Origin: Verrucomicrobiota bacterium
Lineage (GTDB): Bacteria > Verrucomicrobiota > Verrucomicrobiia > Opitutales > Seribacteraceae
Direction of reading: 5' to 3'
Length of the DNA: 36,103 bases
Assembly (NCBI GenBank): GCA_027622665.1
Contig: JAQBYT010000037.1
Span: 1-36,103, forward strand
Part shown: positions 19,899 through 28,712 of the stretch, piece after piece
Layout: the number at the start of each line of letters is the position of its first letter
How positions within the stretch are numbered: position 1 is the first letter of the stretch
Notes under the pieces: model-generated
The model's database searches: none
Told to the model about the DNA's origin: nothing
Seen by the model: the letters and a program-made list of their open reading frames with translations, nothing else
Position numbers and translations under genes: made by a program

Positions 19899-21365
19899 AT
19901 GTCGGACACCTTGCACGAAATGACTGCCGCCGAGCTCGGCGAAGCGCTTGCGGCAGGCAAAACCTCGGCCGTCGAAATCGCCCGATCCTTTATCGCCCGA
20001 GCGGAAGCAGTGGATGAAAAAGTGCATGCGTTTCTTCATCGCGACGACGAAGATTTTTTGGCTCAAGCGCATGCTTCCGACGAACGCAGGTCGAAAGGTG
20101 AATCGCTCGGCCCGTTGGACGGGGTACCGGTTGCCGTAAAGGACGTCATATCAGTTAAGGGGCAGCCGTTGACGGCGGCCAGCCGCATCCTCGAAAATTA
20201 CGTCTCCCCCTACGACGCCACCGTGATCGTAAAACTTAAGCATGCCGGCGCACTGGTCTGGGGACGACTCAATCTGGATGAGTTTGCCATGGGCTCCTCC
20301 ACGGAAAACTCAGCCTACGGCGCAACCAACAACCCATGGGACCTCGCCTGTGTCCCGGGTGGCAGCAGTGGTGGAAGCGCCGCGGCCGTGGCAGCGCGCG
20401 AAGCCCCCCTGACCTTGGGTTCCGACACGGGCGGCTCGATCCGACAACCCGCAGCCCTCTGCGGAGTGGTCGGGATGAAACCCACTTACGGGATGGTCTC
20501 GCGCTACGGACTTGCCGCCTTTGCCTCTTCGCTGGATCAAATCGGCCCCTTTTCACAAACCGTGGAAGACGCCGCACTCCTCCTCCAAACCATTTCCGGG
20601 CACGACCCCCTCGACTCCACCAGTTACCCTGCAGAGGTTCCCGACTACCATCGGGCTCTTGCCGAAAAGCCGGGCCCATTGAAGCTAGGGTTGCCCAAGG
20701 AATTCTTTGGCGAGGCGATCGACGAGGAAGTCCGAAAACTAGTAGACGAAGCGATTCAGTTCTATCGGGACGATGGGCACGAGGTCATCGAGATTTCTCT
20801 GCCCATGACCGATCTATCGATCCCCGTCTACTACCTAATCGCAACAGCCGAGGCTTCCTCGAACCTAGCTCGCTACGACGGAATACGCTACACGCATCGC
20901 AGCGACCGGGCCGAAAACGCGATCGACGTTTATGCAAAGAGCCGTGGCGAAGGATTCGGTGAGGAAGTGAAGCGCCGATGCATTCTCGGTGCCTACGCCC
21001 TAAGCAGCGGATACTACGATGCCTACTACCTTCGAGCCCAAAAAGCACGCACGCTAATTCGACGGGACTTCGAGAAAGCATTCGAGCAAGTCGACGCCAT
21101 CCTGACTCCCACTTCCCCCACACCCGCCTTTCGCCAAGGCGAACGCAACGAGGACCCGATCGCGATGTACCTCAGCGATGTGTTCACCATTTCCACCAAC
21201 TTGGCCGGCCTTCCTGCTCTTTCAGTGCCTTGCGGCTTTACGGAAGCAGGTCTTCCCGTAGGTCTTCACATAATCGGCCAAGCCTTCAAGGAAACGGATC
21301 TGCTTCGCGTCGCCAACGCTTACGATACCGTCCATTCCTTCGGACGAAAGGTTCCCCAACTCTAG
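19899..21365 (+). CDS. gatA: Asp/Glu-tRNA amidotransferase subunit A
   Basis: GVPVAVKD, DEFAMGSSTENS, amidase signature PGGSSGGSAAAV, GSDTGGSIRQPA, EASSNLARYDG and SSGYYDAYY. Confidence 0.98.
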   Translation: MSDTLHEMTAAELGEALAAGKTSAVEIARSFIARAEAVDEKVHAFLHRDDEDFLAQAHASDERRSKGESLGPLDGVPVAVKDVISVKGQPLTAASRILENYVSPYDATVIVKLKHAGALVWGRLNLDEFAMGSSTENSAYGATNNPWDLACVPGGSSGGSAAAVAAREAPLTLGSDTGGSIRQPAALCGVVGMKPTYGMVSRYGLAAFASSLDQIGPFSQTVEDAALLLQTISGHDPLDSTSYPAEVPDYHRALAEKPGPLKLGLPKEFFGEAIDEEVRKLVDEAIQFYRDDGHEVIEISLPMTDLSIPVYYLIATAEASSNLARYDGIRYTHRSDRAENAIDVYAKSRGEGFGEEVKRRCILGAYALSSGYYDAYYLRAQKARTLIRRDFEKAFEQVDAILTPTSPTPAFRQGERNEDPIAMYLSDVFTISTNLAGLPALSVPCGFTEAGLPVGLHIIGQAFKETDLLRVANAYDTVHSFGRKVPQL

Positions 21366-21374
21366 GGGCGGATT

Positions 21375-22832
21375 ATGGAGTACGAAACTGTCATAGGTTT
21401 GGAAGTTCATGTTCAATTGGACACGAACTCGAAGATGTTCACGAGAGTTCCTCGCGGATTTGGCGAACCGCCCAACACCCTCACCGACCCAATGGTTCTC
21501 GGGTTGCCGGGAGCCCTTCCGGTCATGAATTTCGAGGCAATCGAGAAGTCGATCAGGGTCGGGCTACTGCTCGGATGCGATATCGCAAAGGTATGCAAGT
21601 GGGATCGAAAGAACTACTTTTATCCGGACATGCCGAAGAACTACCAGATAACTCAGTTCGACCAGCCCATTTGCGAACACGGACACGTCGAGATCGAGCT
21701 TCCGGGAGAGAATCCGGCAGTCATGGGCAAACACCGTCGCGTCCGGCTTACCCGAATTCACCTCGAGGAGGACGTCGGAAAACTCACCCATACCGAACAC
21801 GACAGCTTGGTCGATTACAACCGCGCCGGATCCGCTCTACTGGAAATCGTATCCGAGCCCGACCTATTCTCCCCCGAAGAGGTGTTTGCCTACCTGAACT
21901 CTATTAGAAACTCTTTGGTCTACTCGGGCATTTCCGACTGCGACATGGAGAAGGGACAGTTGCGATGCGATGCCAACATTAGCATTCGACCCGTCGGCAC
22001 CGAAACTCTGGGCACCAAGGTGGAGCTCAAGAACCTAAATACCATTTCGGGCGTCCGGAACGGAGTGGAGTACGAAATCAAGAGGCAAACATCCGTCCTG
22101 CTCGAGGGAGGAACCATCATCCAAGAAACGCGGCGATGGAACCCCGAGCATCGCCACACTACTCCCATGCGAACAAAGGAAATGGCCCACGACTATCGCT
22201 ATTTCCCGGATCCCGACCTTATGCCCGTCCGAGTGGATGAAGAGTGGATCGAGCGCCTGAAGAAGGACGTCCCCGAAATGCCCTTCGACAAACAACGGCG
22301 CTACCAAAAAGAAGACGGGCTCCCCTACTCCGTAACCTCCGCCCTTTGCCCCGACAAACCTCTCTGTGAATTCTACGAAGAAACCGCCCGACTGTGCAGA
22401 CAACCAAAGAAAGCGGCCAACTGGGTGGTAAACGATCTTTTGCGAGAACTGTCGACGGCGGGAGAAAACGGTTCGCTCCCTCTGGAGGAGGCCAAGATCA
22501 CTCCGGCTCATCTCGCCGAACTCGTCGCCTTGGTCGAGGATGGTTCCATATCGAGCAATATCGCCAAGGAAATTTTCCCCGAGGTTTTCTCCACTGGTAA
22601 GATGCCCGCCAGCATAGTCGAGGAGAAAGGCCTCAAGCAAACCTCCGATTCCGGTGAACTGGAAGCTCTCTGCGAACAAGCCATTGAAAACGATCCCGAT
22701 GCCACGGAAAAGTTTCGCTCAGGGAAGGAAGGGGCCATCAACGCATTGAAAGGCTACGTCATGAAGGCTACCCGCGGCCAAGCCAACCCGAAGGTGGTCG
22801 ACGAGATACTGCGAAAGAAACTTGGAACTTGA
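21375..22832 (+). CDS. gatB: Asp/Glu-tRNA amidotransferase subunit B
   Basis: VIGLEVHVQL, RKNYFYPD, IHLEEDVGK, LRCDANIS, DYRYFPDPDL and G.VMKATRGQANP. Confidence 0.98.
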   Translation: MEYETVIGLEVHVQLDTNSKMFTRVPRGFGEPPNTLTDPMVLGLPGALPVMNFEAIEKSIRVGLLLGCDIAKVCKWDRKNYFYPDMPKNYQITQFDQPICEHGHVEIELPGENPAVMGKHRRVRLTRIHLEEDVGKLTHTEHDSLVDYNRAGSALLEIVSEPDLFSPEEVFAYLNSIRNSLVYSGISDCDMEKGQLRCDANISIRPVGTETLGTKVELKNLNTISGVRNGVEYEIKRQTSVLLEGGTIIQETRRWNPEHRHTTPMRTKEMAHDYRYFPDPDLMPVRVDEEWIERLKKDVPEMPFDKQRRYQKEDGLPYSVTSALCPDKPLCEFYEETARLCRQPKKAANWVVNDLLRELSTAGENGSLPLEEAKITPAHLAELVALVEDGSISSNIAKEIFPEVFSTGKMPASIVEEKGLKQTSDSGELEALCEQAIENDPDATEKFRSGKEGAINALKGYVMKATRGQANPKVVDEILRKKLGT

Positions 22833-22874
22833 GATACGGCTCCCTTCAAAGGCTGAATCGCGGCACAAATCAGA

Positions 22875-22891
22875 TTGAGATTGAGTCTCAA
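22875..22891. promoter_or_regulatory. Candidate Fur-type operator upstream of the TonB operon
   Basis: TTGAGA-TTGAG-TCTCAA, a perfect 6-5-6 inverted repeat 5 bp before a -35-like TTGACC (22897); shares ATTGAGTCTCAA with the fur upstream region. Confidence 0.65.
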
Positions 22892-22969
22892 AAGCCTTGA
22901 CCAGAGAGGAGGAAATCGCAAAAGTTTTCACTCACCACTTACTCGATTCCGATTCGAAGCTTGCTGGCA

Positions 22970-23758
22970 ATGACCCTATTCAAAAATCGTTTCACCATAT
23001 TGGCCTTGGCTTGTGCATGCTCGTTTGCTTCGGCCCAGACCACGCTCAAGGAGACTCGCAAAATGCTCGAGGAGTGGGTGGATGCAGAAAAACTGATCTC
23101 CGAGGAGGATTCAGGTTGGAAAACGGACAAGGCGGTGCTGAAAGACCTAACGGTCGCCCTTCGAGCGGAAATCGTGCAATTGGATACGAACCTTGCCAAA
23201 TCGGCGGAGGAGGCAGTGGGAATATCTCGACAACGAACCGAGCTGAACGAACGTAAGCTGTCTGCCGAGAAAGCCGCCGAAGAGCTAAAGGCAGGTCTTG
23301 TTCAAATCGAACGCGAGCTACTCCTGTCCATGGATGCGTTCCCTACCCCCATGCTAGAGAGGTTGTCGTCGTACCAGGAAAAGCTAACAAATGCCGACAA
23401 GCGAAACGCCCTCCCTCTGCGAGATCGACTGGAAACTTGCGTAACCATCCTACAAGCCGCTCATGTCTTTAATGAGTCGGTAAACTTGGAACGACAGGAA
23501 TTCAGGCTAGACGACGGACAATCTAGAGAATTCCACATCCTCTACTTTGGGATGTCCATCGCCTACTTCGTCAATGAATCGGGTACGGTTGCCGGTTACG
23601 GGACACCGAGCCAAAGGGGTTGGCAATGGGAGCGAAAGGACAAGCTCTCCGAAGAGATTCGCCGAGGCGTCGCGATTCGCAACAAGAGAGCATTGCCGGC
23701 CTTTCTTCGTCTGCCAATACCTGCCTTGAAGCCAAGCAGCTCGGAGGCGCCGAGATGA
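22970..23758 (+). CDS. DUF3450-like (TtpB-like) exported coiled-coil protein
   Basis: Signal peptide (FTILALACACSFASA), long coiled coil and a C-terminal LYFG...AYF...W.W...LP pattern; first gene of a TtpC-type TonB cluster. Start is ATG 22970 or TTG 22961. Confidence 0.75.
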   Translation: MTLFKNRFTILALACACSFASAQTTLKETRKMLEEWVDAEKLISEEDSGWKTDKAVLKDLTVALRAEIVQLDTNLAKSAEEAVGISRQRTELNERKLSAEKAAEELKAGLVQIERELLLSMDAFPTPMLERLSSYQEKLTNADKRNALPLRDRLETCVTILQAAHVFNESVNLERQEFRLDDGQSREFHILYFGMSIAYFVNESGTVAGYGTPSQRGWQWERKDKLSEEIRRGVAIRNKRALPAFLRLPIPALKPSSSEAPR

Positions 23759-25176
23759 AACGCTTCGCCTTCGCGATAGTTTTTTTGCTTTCGGCAAATG
23801 CTGCTTTCGGCGTGAACATCACCGATGTTCGAGCAGAAGCCAAACGTGACCTGGACGGTGCATTGAAACGCCTCGCTGAACTGCGGCAACAAGTGGAAAA
23901 AGAAAAACTTCCGCTCGTTCGCGAGTTAAACGCCTTGGAACGAGATGCCCACTCAAAACGCGAGGAATTCGACCGCAGGCTTCGTCTGCGGGACAACCGC
24001 GATGCAGGTCTTCTCGAATTGCAACGGGAAGTGGAAGAAGCGGAAACTGATCTGGGAGCGAACCTCGGTTTGTTACGCGACTATGTCCGTAGTTGGCGTA
24101 ACGGTCTGCCGAATCCTCAAAAAGCCCAATTAGCAGAACCTCTTGCCAAGACACTAACCATCCCGGCCGCCACTTCTTCGGTTGCGGAAGACCTCGCCGC
24201 AGAGATTCGTGCTACTCGCCTGTCCTTGAAAGCCCTGCAGGCATCCTTCGGCGGACAAATGGTCGAAGGCGAAGCCATCGTGCCACCCGAGGGAGCAAGA
24301 AAGTCGGGTACCTTTATCACTTTAGGCCCACTCACTTTTTTCGCCGAACCCGGAGGGGCCTCGGGGATCGTGGAAAAACCGCAACGAGGAGACGAGGGAT
24401 ACATCACCCCGGCGCTCGCAAGAAACGTCCCCCCCGCCCGCCTTCTAACCACTCCCGAGGAAATCGCATCGGTCGTTCAATTGGCGCTTACAGGCAACTC
24501 GGGATCCGAGATCATACTCCCCCTCGACCCCACCCGCGGCAAGGCCTTGGTCATGAAAACGGGCGAACCGACGCTGCTCGAGGAACTCGGGAAGGGAGGC
24601 ATTTGGATATACCCCATACTGGTCTTCGCGGGCGTGTCGGTAATCATTGCTTTTTTCAAAGCCATTCAAATTGTGCGCGTAAGGGCACCCACCCGAGCCG
24701 CATCTCTGAAGGGATCCTTTACGGGGCCCTTCGAACAGTTACGGATCGCGGCAAAGGAAAACATGGGCAGAAAGGCCGAAATATTGGAGGAAATTCTATA
24801 CGAGCGAATCATTGATGCCCAGATGCGTTTGGAAAAGGCCTTGCCCTTGATTGCGGTCACCGCGGCCACCGCGCCCTTGCTGGGACTGCTCGGCACCGTC
24901 ACGGGAATGATAGATGTTTTTCGCCAGATCACCAACTTCGCAAACCCCGAGAGCAGCGAATTGGCTCGTGGCATATCGGAAGCCTTGGTCACCACCAAGT
25001 TTGGTCTCATAACGGCGATTCCCTCCCTGATCGTGCACGCCCTACTCTCGCGAAGGCTCCAGGGATTAGTCGCCAAAATGGAAACATTCGCCTCTCGATT
25101 GGTGAATCTCGCCGCCAACGGAAACGGCGACGAGCCAAGTGTCGAGAAGATCGAAGAGGAAACGGAATCGCCATGA
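23755..25176 (+). CDS. TtpC-like long MotA/TolQ/ExbB proton-channel protein with periplasmic N-terminal extension
   Basis: Signal peptide MKRFAFAIVFLLSANA, coiled coil, PLDPTRG, then ExbB motifs APLLGLLGTVTGMI and GISEALVTTKFGL; ATGA overlap with the previous gene. Confidence 0.9.
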   Translation: MKRFAFAIVFLLSANAAFGVNITDVRAEAKRDLDGALKRLAELRQQVEKEKLPLVRELNALERDAHSKREEFDRRLRLRDNRDAGLLELQREVEEAETDLGANLGLLRDYVRSWRNGLPNPQKAQLAEPLAKTLTIPAATSSVAEDLAAEIRATRLSLKALQASFGGQMVEGEAIVPPEGARKSGTFITLGPLTFFAEPGGASGIVEKPQRGDEGYITPALARNVPPARLLTTPEEIASVVQLALTGNSGSEIILPLDPTRGKALVMKTGEPTLLEELGKGGIWIYPILVFAGVSVIIAFFKAIQIVRVRAPTRAASLKGSFTGPFEQLRIAAKENMGRKAEILEEILYERIIDAQMRLEKALPLIAVTAATAPLLGLLGTVTGMIDVFRQITNFANPESSELARGISEALVTTKFGLITAIPSLIVHALLSRRLQGLVAKMETFASRLVNLAANGNGDEPSVEKIEEETESP

Positions 25177-25784
25177 ACCTCTCACCAAGTTTTTGGCAGC
25201 AGTTTGTAGACGTATGGGAAAAGGGGGGATCATTGATGCCCGTTCTTGCAGCGCTTTCCCTCTATGCCTATTATGTGGGGTTCGACCTCTGGTTTCGCCT
25301 GCGGGACATGCTGCCTTCGCGAAAGGATGCCAAGGAAATCTCTCGAGTGACTGCACAGCCGGAAAAGGCCAAGGGCCGCCTACGTTCGATCCTCTATTAT
25401 TGCCTCGAGGCAAAAGGCGACACCCACGAAACCCGGCGGAGGTTTGAGGAAACGCGTGCAACGGACGCTTCTTTTCTTGGGCGACGCATTCGCTTTCTGC
25501 TCGTGCTCACCTCGGCGGCTCCGTTGCTTGGTCTACTCGGCACGGTAAACGGCATGCTGCTCACCTTTGATGGCCTGAGCCGACAAATCGGCCGCAAGAT
25601 GGATCTCGTCGCAAGTGGCATTTCCGAAGCCCTTGTCACCACGCAAGCAGGCTTGCTGATAGCCATTCCCGCGTTCGCTCTTGCACACTTGGTAAGCCGC
25701 CGAAGACACGAATGGCTATACCTCCTTCGCCGCGTGGAAAGCCATGCCCTGCAGGCTTGTCACCCAGTCAAGGAAACTCGATGA
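25173..25784 (+). CDS. exbB: MotA/TolQ/ExbB proton-channel protein
   Basis: KGG..M, APLLGLLGTVNGM and GISEALVTTQAGLLIAIP. Confidence 0.9.
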   Translation: MNLSPSFWQQFVDVWEKGGSLMPVLAALSLYAYYVGFDLWFRLRDMLPSRKDAKEISRVTAQPEKAKGRLRSILYYCLEAKGDTHETRRRFEETRATDASFLGRRIRFLLVLTSAAPLLGLLGTVNGMLLTFDGLSRQIGRKMDLVASGISEALVTTQAGLLIAIPAFALAHLVSRRRHEWLYLLRRVESHALQACHPVKETR

Positions 25785-26185
25785 AGCTCCGTCGACGCCT
25801 GCTCAAGGAGAAAGAAACGGAGTCCATCAACGTCTCCCCGCTCATCGATGTGGTCTTCATTTTGCTGATCTTTTTCATCATTTCCGCGTCCTTCGTGAAG
25901 GTTCCTGGGGAGGAAGTGGTTCGCCCTCGAACCGTGACTGCCGAGTCCTTGCAAAAGAACGCCATCCTATTCGCCCTAACAGCAGACAACTCCCTCCATT
26001 ATGCAGGAGATAAAATCGCCATCGATCAGGTTCGCCCCCTGGTGGAAGCCCTAAGGCGAGAAGTGGATGCTCCCGTAATCATTCAGGTCGACCAGGATGC
26101 GGATGCCAGCAGGCTCGCCGAAGTGGCTCGAGAAGGCAAGAAGGCGGGAGCCACCGTTTCCATAGCCACGAGAAAGCCAAGATGA
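25781..26185 (+). CDS. exbD: Biopolymer transporter ExbD/TolR (copy 1)
   Basis: INVSPLIDVVFILLIFF with the conserved Asp; ATG 25781 overlaps the exbB stop. Confidence 0.92.
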   Translation: MKLRRRLLKEKETESINVSPLIDVVFILLIFFIISASFVKVPGEEVVRPRTVTAESLQKNAILFALTADNSLHYAGDKIAIDQVRPLVEALRREVDAPVIIQVDQDADASRLAEVAREGKKAGATVSIATRKPR

Positions 26186-26595
26186 AAAGAAGGTTCACCA
26201 GTTTCACCGCCGATTCCGTGGAGATAAACGTTTCCCCGCTTATCGACATGGTCTTCATCCTCCTGATCTTTTTCATCGTGGCCACCTCGTTCGTGAATGA
26301 AATCGGGCTCACCCCAAAACACCGAGACACGGCAGACCCCACTCGCAAACTGGAACCACCTCTCACCTTTCAATTGACTGCCGAGGGACGAATCCTCAAC
26401 GGAGACGCCGAGATAGGCCTCGCGGGCGTCATCCCCGCGGTGAGGGCGGCATCGGCAAAAAAAGCCAAACCGGTCATCCTGTTGGTCGAACAAGGGTCCA
26501 AGGCGGGACTGGCCACACGGGTAATGGATCAAGCCATGCTTGCAGGTGCCAAAACCGTAAAACTGTCGGCGATAACACCAACCATCAACCGATGA
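26182..26595 (+). CDS. exbD: Biopolymer transporter ExbD/TolR (copy 2)
   Basis: INVSPLIDMVFILLIFFIVATSF and VMD.A..AGA. Confidence 0.92.
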   Translation: MKRRFTSFTADSVEINVSPLIDMVFILLIFFIVATSFVNEIGLTPKHRDTADPTRKLEPPLTFQLTAEGRILNGDAEIGLAGVIPAVRAASAKKAKPVILLVEQGSKAGLATRVMDQAMLAGAKTVKLSAITPTINR

Positions 26596-27281
26596 GTGCT
26601 TCGCCCAAGAAAACAAATCAAGAAAGCCTCCCGAAAGAAAAGGCCGAAATAGCTTTTTCAGTCCGTAGCCTTGGCCTTGCCGTAGTCGCCACCTTGCTTT
26701 TGTTCGGCCTCCTTCCGTTATCGGAATATGTTCGCGGCGACGAATGGATGGTACGCGACGTCGATTGGGTAGACGTCCCCAAGCCACCGCCGAAAAAGCC
26801 TGTTATCGAGCAGCGTCTGGAGGAAAAAACCCGCAAGGCCGTGAAGCCTCTTGAGCTTACGCCGCCCAAGCAAGTGCTGACTCTGGAACAACTGGAAACC
26901 TCGTTGAAAGTGGGCCCCGGAGATTTTCGAGCGGTTTTCGCGATGAAGGATTTCGACCTCGCCCCCGGTGACGTGGTAGGCGAATTCGTGTTCAAGCTTC
27001 ACGAACTCGACCGCATCCCGAACGTATTGAAGCGTGGTCGCCTACGTTATCCCGGTCACCTTCTGCGACGTGGCGTCAAAGGTAAGGTAAAGCTACTCGT
27101 ATTGATCGACGAAAGAGGCGTCGTAAAGGTTCAGGAGGTTGTAAGCTCAAGCCATCCGGACTTCGTGGAACCCTCCATAAGGGCAGCGGAAGAATCAACC
27201 TACGAACCTCCCTTGCGAAACGGAAAGCCCGTGAAAGTACAGTTTTTTCTCCCCTTGGAATTCAAGCTTTCGGAAGAATGA
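26592..27281 (+). CDS. tonB: Energy transducer TonB
   Basis: N-terminal TM helix, Pro/Lys-rich linker (PKPPPKKP) and TonB C-terminal domain (YP...RRGVKGKV...IDERG.V...P..NGKPV). Confidence 0.9.
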   Translation: MSASPKKTNQESLPKEKAEIAFSVRSLGLAVVATLLLFGLLPLSEYVRGDEWMVRDVDWVDVPKPPPKKPVIEQRLEEKTRKAVKPLELTPPKQVLTLEQLETSLKVGPGDFRAVFAMKDFDLAPGDVVGEFVFKLHELDRIPNVLKRGRLRYPGHLLRRGVKGKVKLLVLIDERGVVKVQEVVSSSHPDFVEPSIRAAEESTYEPPLRNGKPVKVQFFLPLEFKLSEE

Positions 27282-28654
27282 AGCGTTTTCGTCAATGGTC
27301 ACTGGTCGTTGTCCAGATCATCGTCTCGGCGAAATTGTTCGCCGCGCCGGAACATCGGCTCACCAGGGATTTCTGGACCAGCCCGGAATTTGTCCGGAGC
27401 TTCATGGGCGACTACGGATTCCGGACCGAAGTCGAACCCAAGATAACTAGATCCGAGCAACAAATGATAGGGGAAGTCGTGGCGAAGGCTCAGCAAGACC
27501 TGCAGGAAGCCATCACCTATCTGGCAGGCAAGACAAGCCTCGAGTCCAGTGCCGCCCTCGACTTCGCCCTCGCCACCATGCATTTCCAATCGGATCGCCT
27601 CGGTCGTGCGGCAGTCGGGTACGAACAGGCCATTCGGAAATTCCCGAACTTCCTCAGAGCCCATAAGAATCTCGGATACGTACTGATTCGACAAGGGGAT
27701 TTCGATGATGCCGCCGAACACCTCGCCAAAGCCCTTTCCCTCGGGGAAGGCGATGGCGTCACCTTCGTTGCGCTCGGTTACTGCCACTACGCGCTGGAAC
27801 GTTACGTCTCGGCCGAGAACGCTTATCGCATGGCCATCCTTCGCGTGCCTGAGAACAAGGAAGCTCGCAACGGATTGGTCAATTGCCTGCTGGCCACGGA
27901 TCGCCATCGCGAGGCCCTAGCCCTCTTGGACGAACTGCTTGAGCGAAACCCCGGCGACGTCTTTTGCCACCGGGCCCGCGCCAACACGCTCATCGCCTTG
28001 GACAAACCCAAGAAAGCAGCCGTGGCTCTGGAAATTCTTCGCCGAATGGATCAACTCGATCTCAACGGTTTGCTGCTGCTTGGAGACGTATATCACAATC
28101 TCGATCTCCACAGCCTTTCCCTAGACGACTATCAGGAAGCGCTTCAAAAACAGGGCAACCTTTCGCCCGATCGCTTCATGCGAGTCGCCGCCATCCTAAT
28201 TGATCGGGGCTCCTATAAGGCCGCCTTCGACTACCTTGAGCGCATCGAGAAAAAATTCGATCAAGGGCTTAGCGAAGAAGAAAACCTGCGTCTCCTTTCG
28301 CTCAAGGCGAAAGTGCTCTTGACTACGGGGAAAGAAGCCCAGGCGGCGGAAATCCTACGCAACATTCTAAGCAAAAACCCACTCGACGGCAGAGCGCTCC
28401 TCCTGCTTGGACGATTGGCATGGAAGGAGGGAGATCACGCTACCGCCGCCATAAACTTCGAGAGAGCTGCCAAGGTCCAGAAATACGAGGCTGATGCCGC
28501 CGTCGAGCATGCCCGGATGAAAGTTGAGTCTCGGAAGTACGCGGAAGCCGTAGAACTACTCGAGCGAGCCCAATTCGTGAGGCCACGCGACAACGTCGGC
28601 CGCTACCTCGAATCGGTTCGCAATGCCTTGGCCGCCACCCGGGCCTATCGTTGA
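27278..28654 (+). CDS. Exported tetratricopeptide-repeat protein (TtpD-like)
   Basis: Signal-like N-terminus and many TPR helices (YEQAIRKFPNFLRAHKNLG, ALGYCHY...AENAYR); last gene of the coupled TonB cluster. Confidence 0.88.
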   Translation: MKRFRQWSLVVVQIIVSAKLFAAPEHRLTRDFWTSPEFVRSFMGDYGFRTEVEPKITRSEQQMIGEVVAKAQQDLQEAITYLAGKTSLESSAALDFALATMHFQSDRLGRAAVGYEQAIRKFPNFLRAHKNLGYVLIRQGDFDDAAEHLAKALSLGEGDGVTFVALGYCHYALERYVSAENAYRMAILRVPENKEARNGLVNCLLATDRHREALALLDELLERNPGDVFCHRARANTLIALDKPKKAAVALEILRRMDQLDLNGLLLLGDVYHNLDLHSLSLDDYQEALQKQGNLSPDRFMRVAAILIDRGSYKAAFDYLERIEKKFDQGLSEEENLRLLSLKAKVLLTTGKEAQAAEILRNILSKNPLDGRALLLLGRLAWKEGDHATAAINFERAAKVQKYEADAAVEHARMKVESRKYAEAVELLERAQFVRPRDNVGRYLESVRNALAATRAYR

Positions 28655-28673
28655 ACCAAAATGGCTTTGCGTC

Positions 28674-28711
28674 TTGCAACGCATCAACGCATCATGATAC
28701 ATTGATGCGTT
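28674..28711 (+). promoter_or_regulatory. metF promoter overlapped by an inverted-repeat operator (SahR-like)
   Basis: TTGCAA (28674-79), 18 bp, then TACATT (28698-703) preceded by TGn. Inverted repeat aacgcatca-N8-tgatgcgtt (28686-28711). Confidence 0.6.
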
Positions 28712-28712
28712 T

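Noticed and set aside
16496..21907. Long alternative-frame ORFs (e.g. 16496-17239, 20336-20962, 20978-21907; also antisense 33363-34250)
   Set aside because: They are Arg/Pro-rich shadows of well-conserved GC-rich genes with no motifs.
23620..23754. Upstream in-frame starts for the long ExbB (and similarly 25712 for exbD, 15391 for rpmI, 32217 for the lipoprotein)
   Set aside because: They overlap upstream genes; the downstream ATGs give ATGA coupling, signal peptides or canonical N-termini.
28655..28712. SAM or other riboswitch upstream of metF
   Set aside because: The gap is 58 nt and is occupied by the promoter and inverted repeat; no aptamer motifs are visible.
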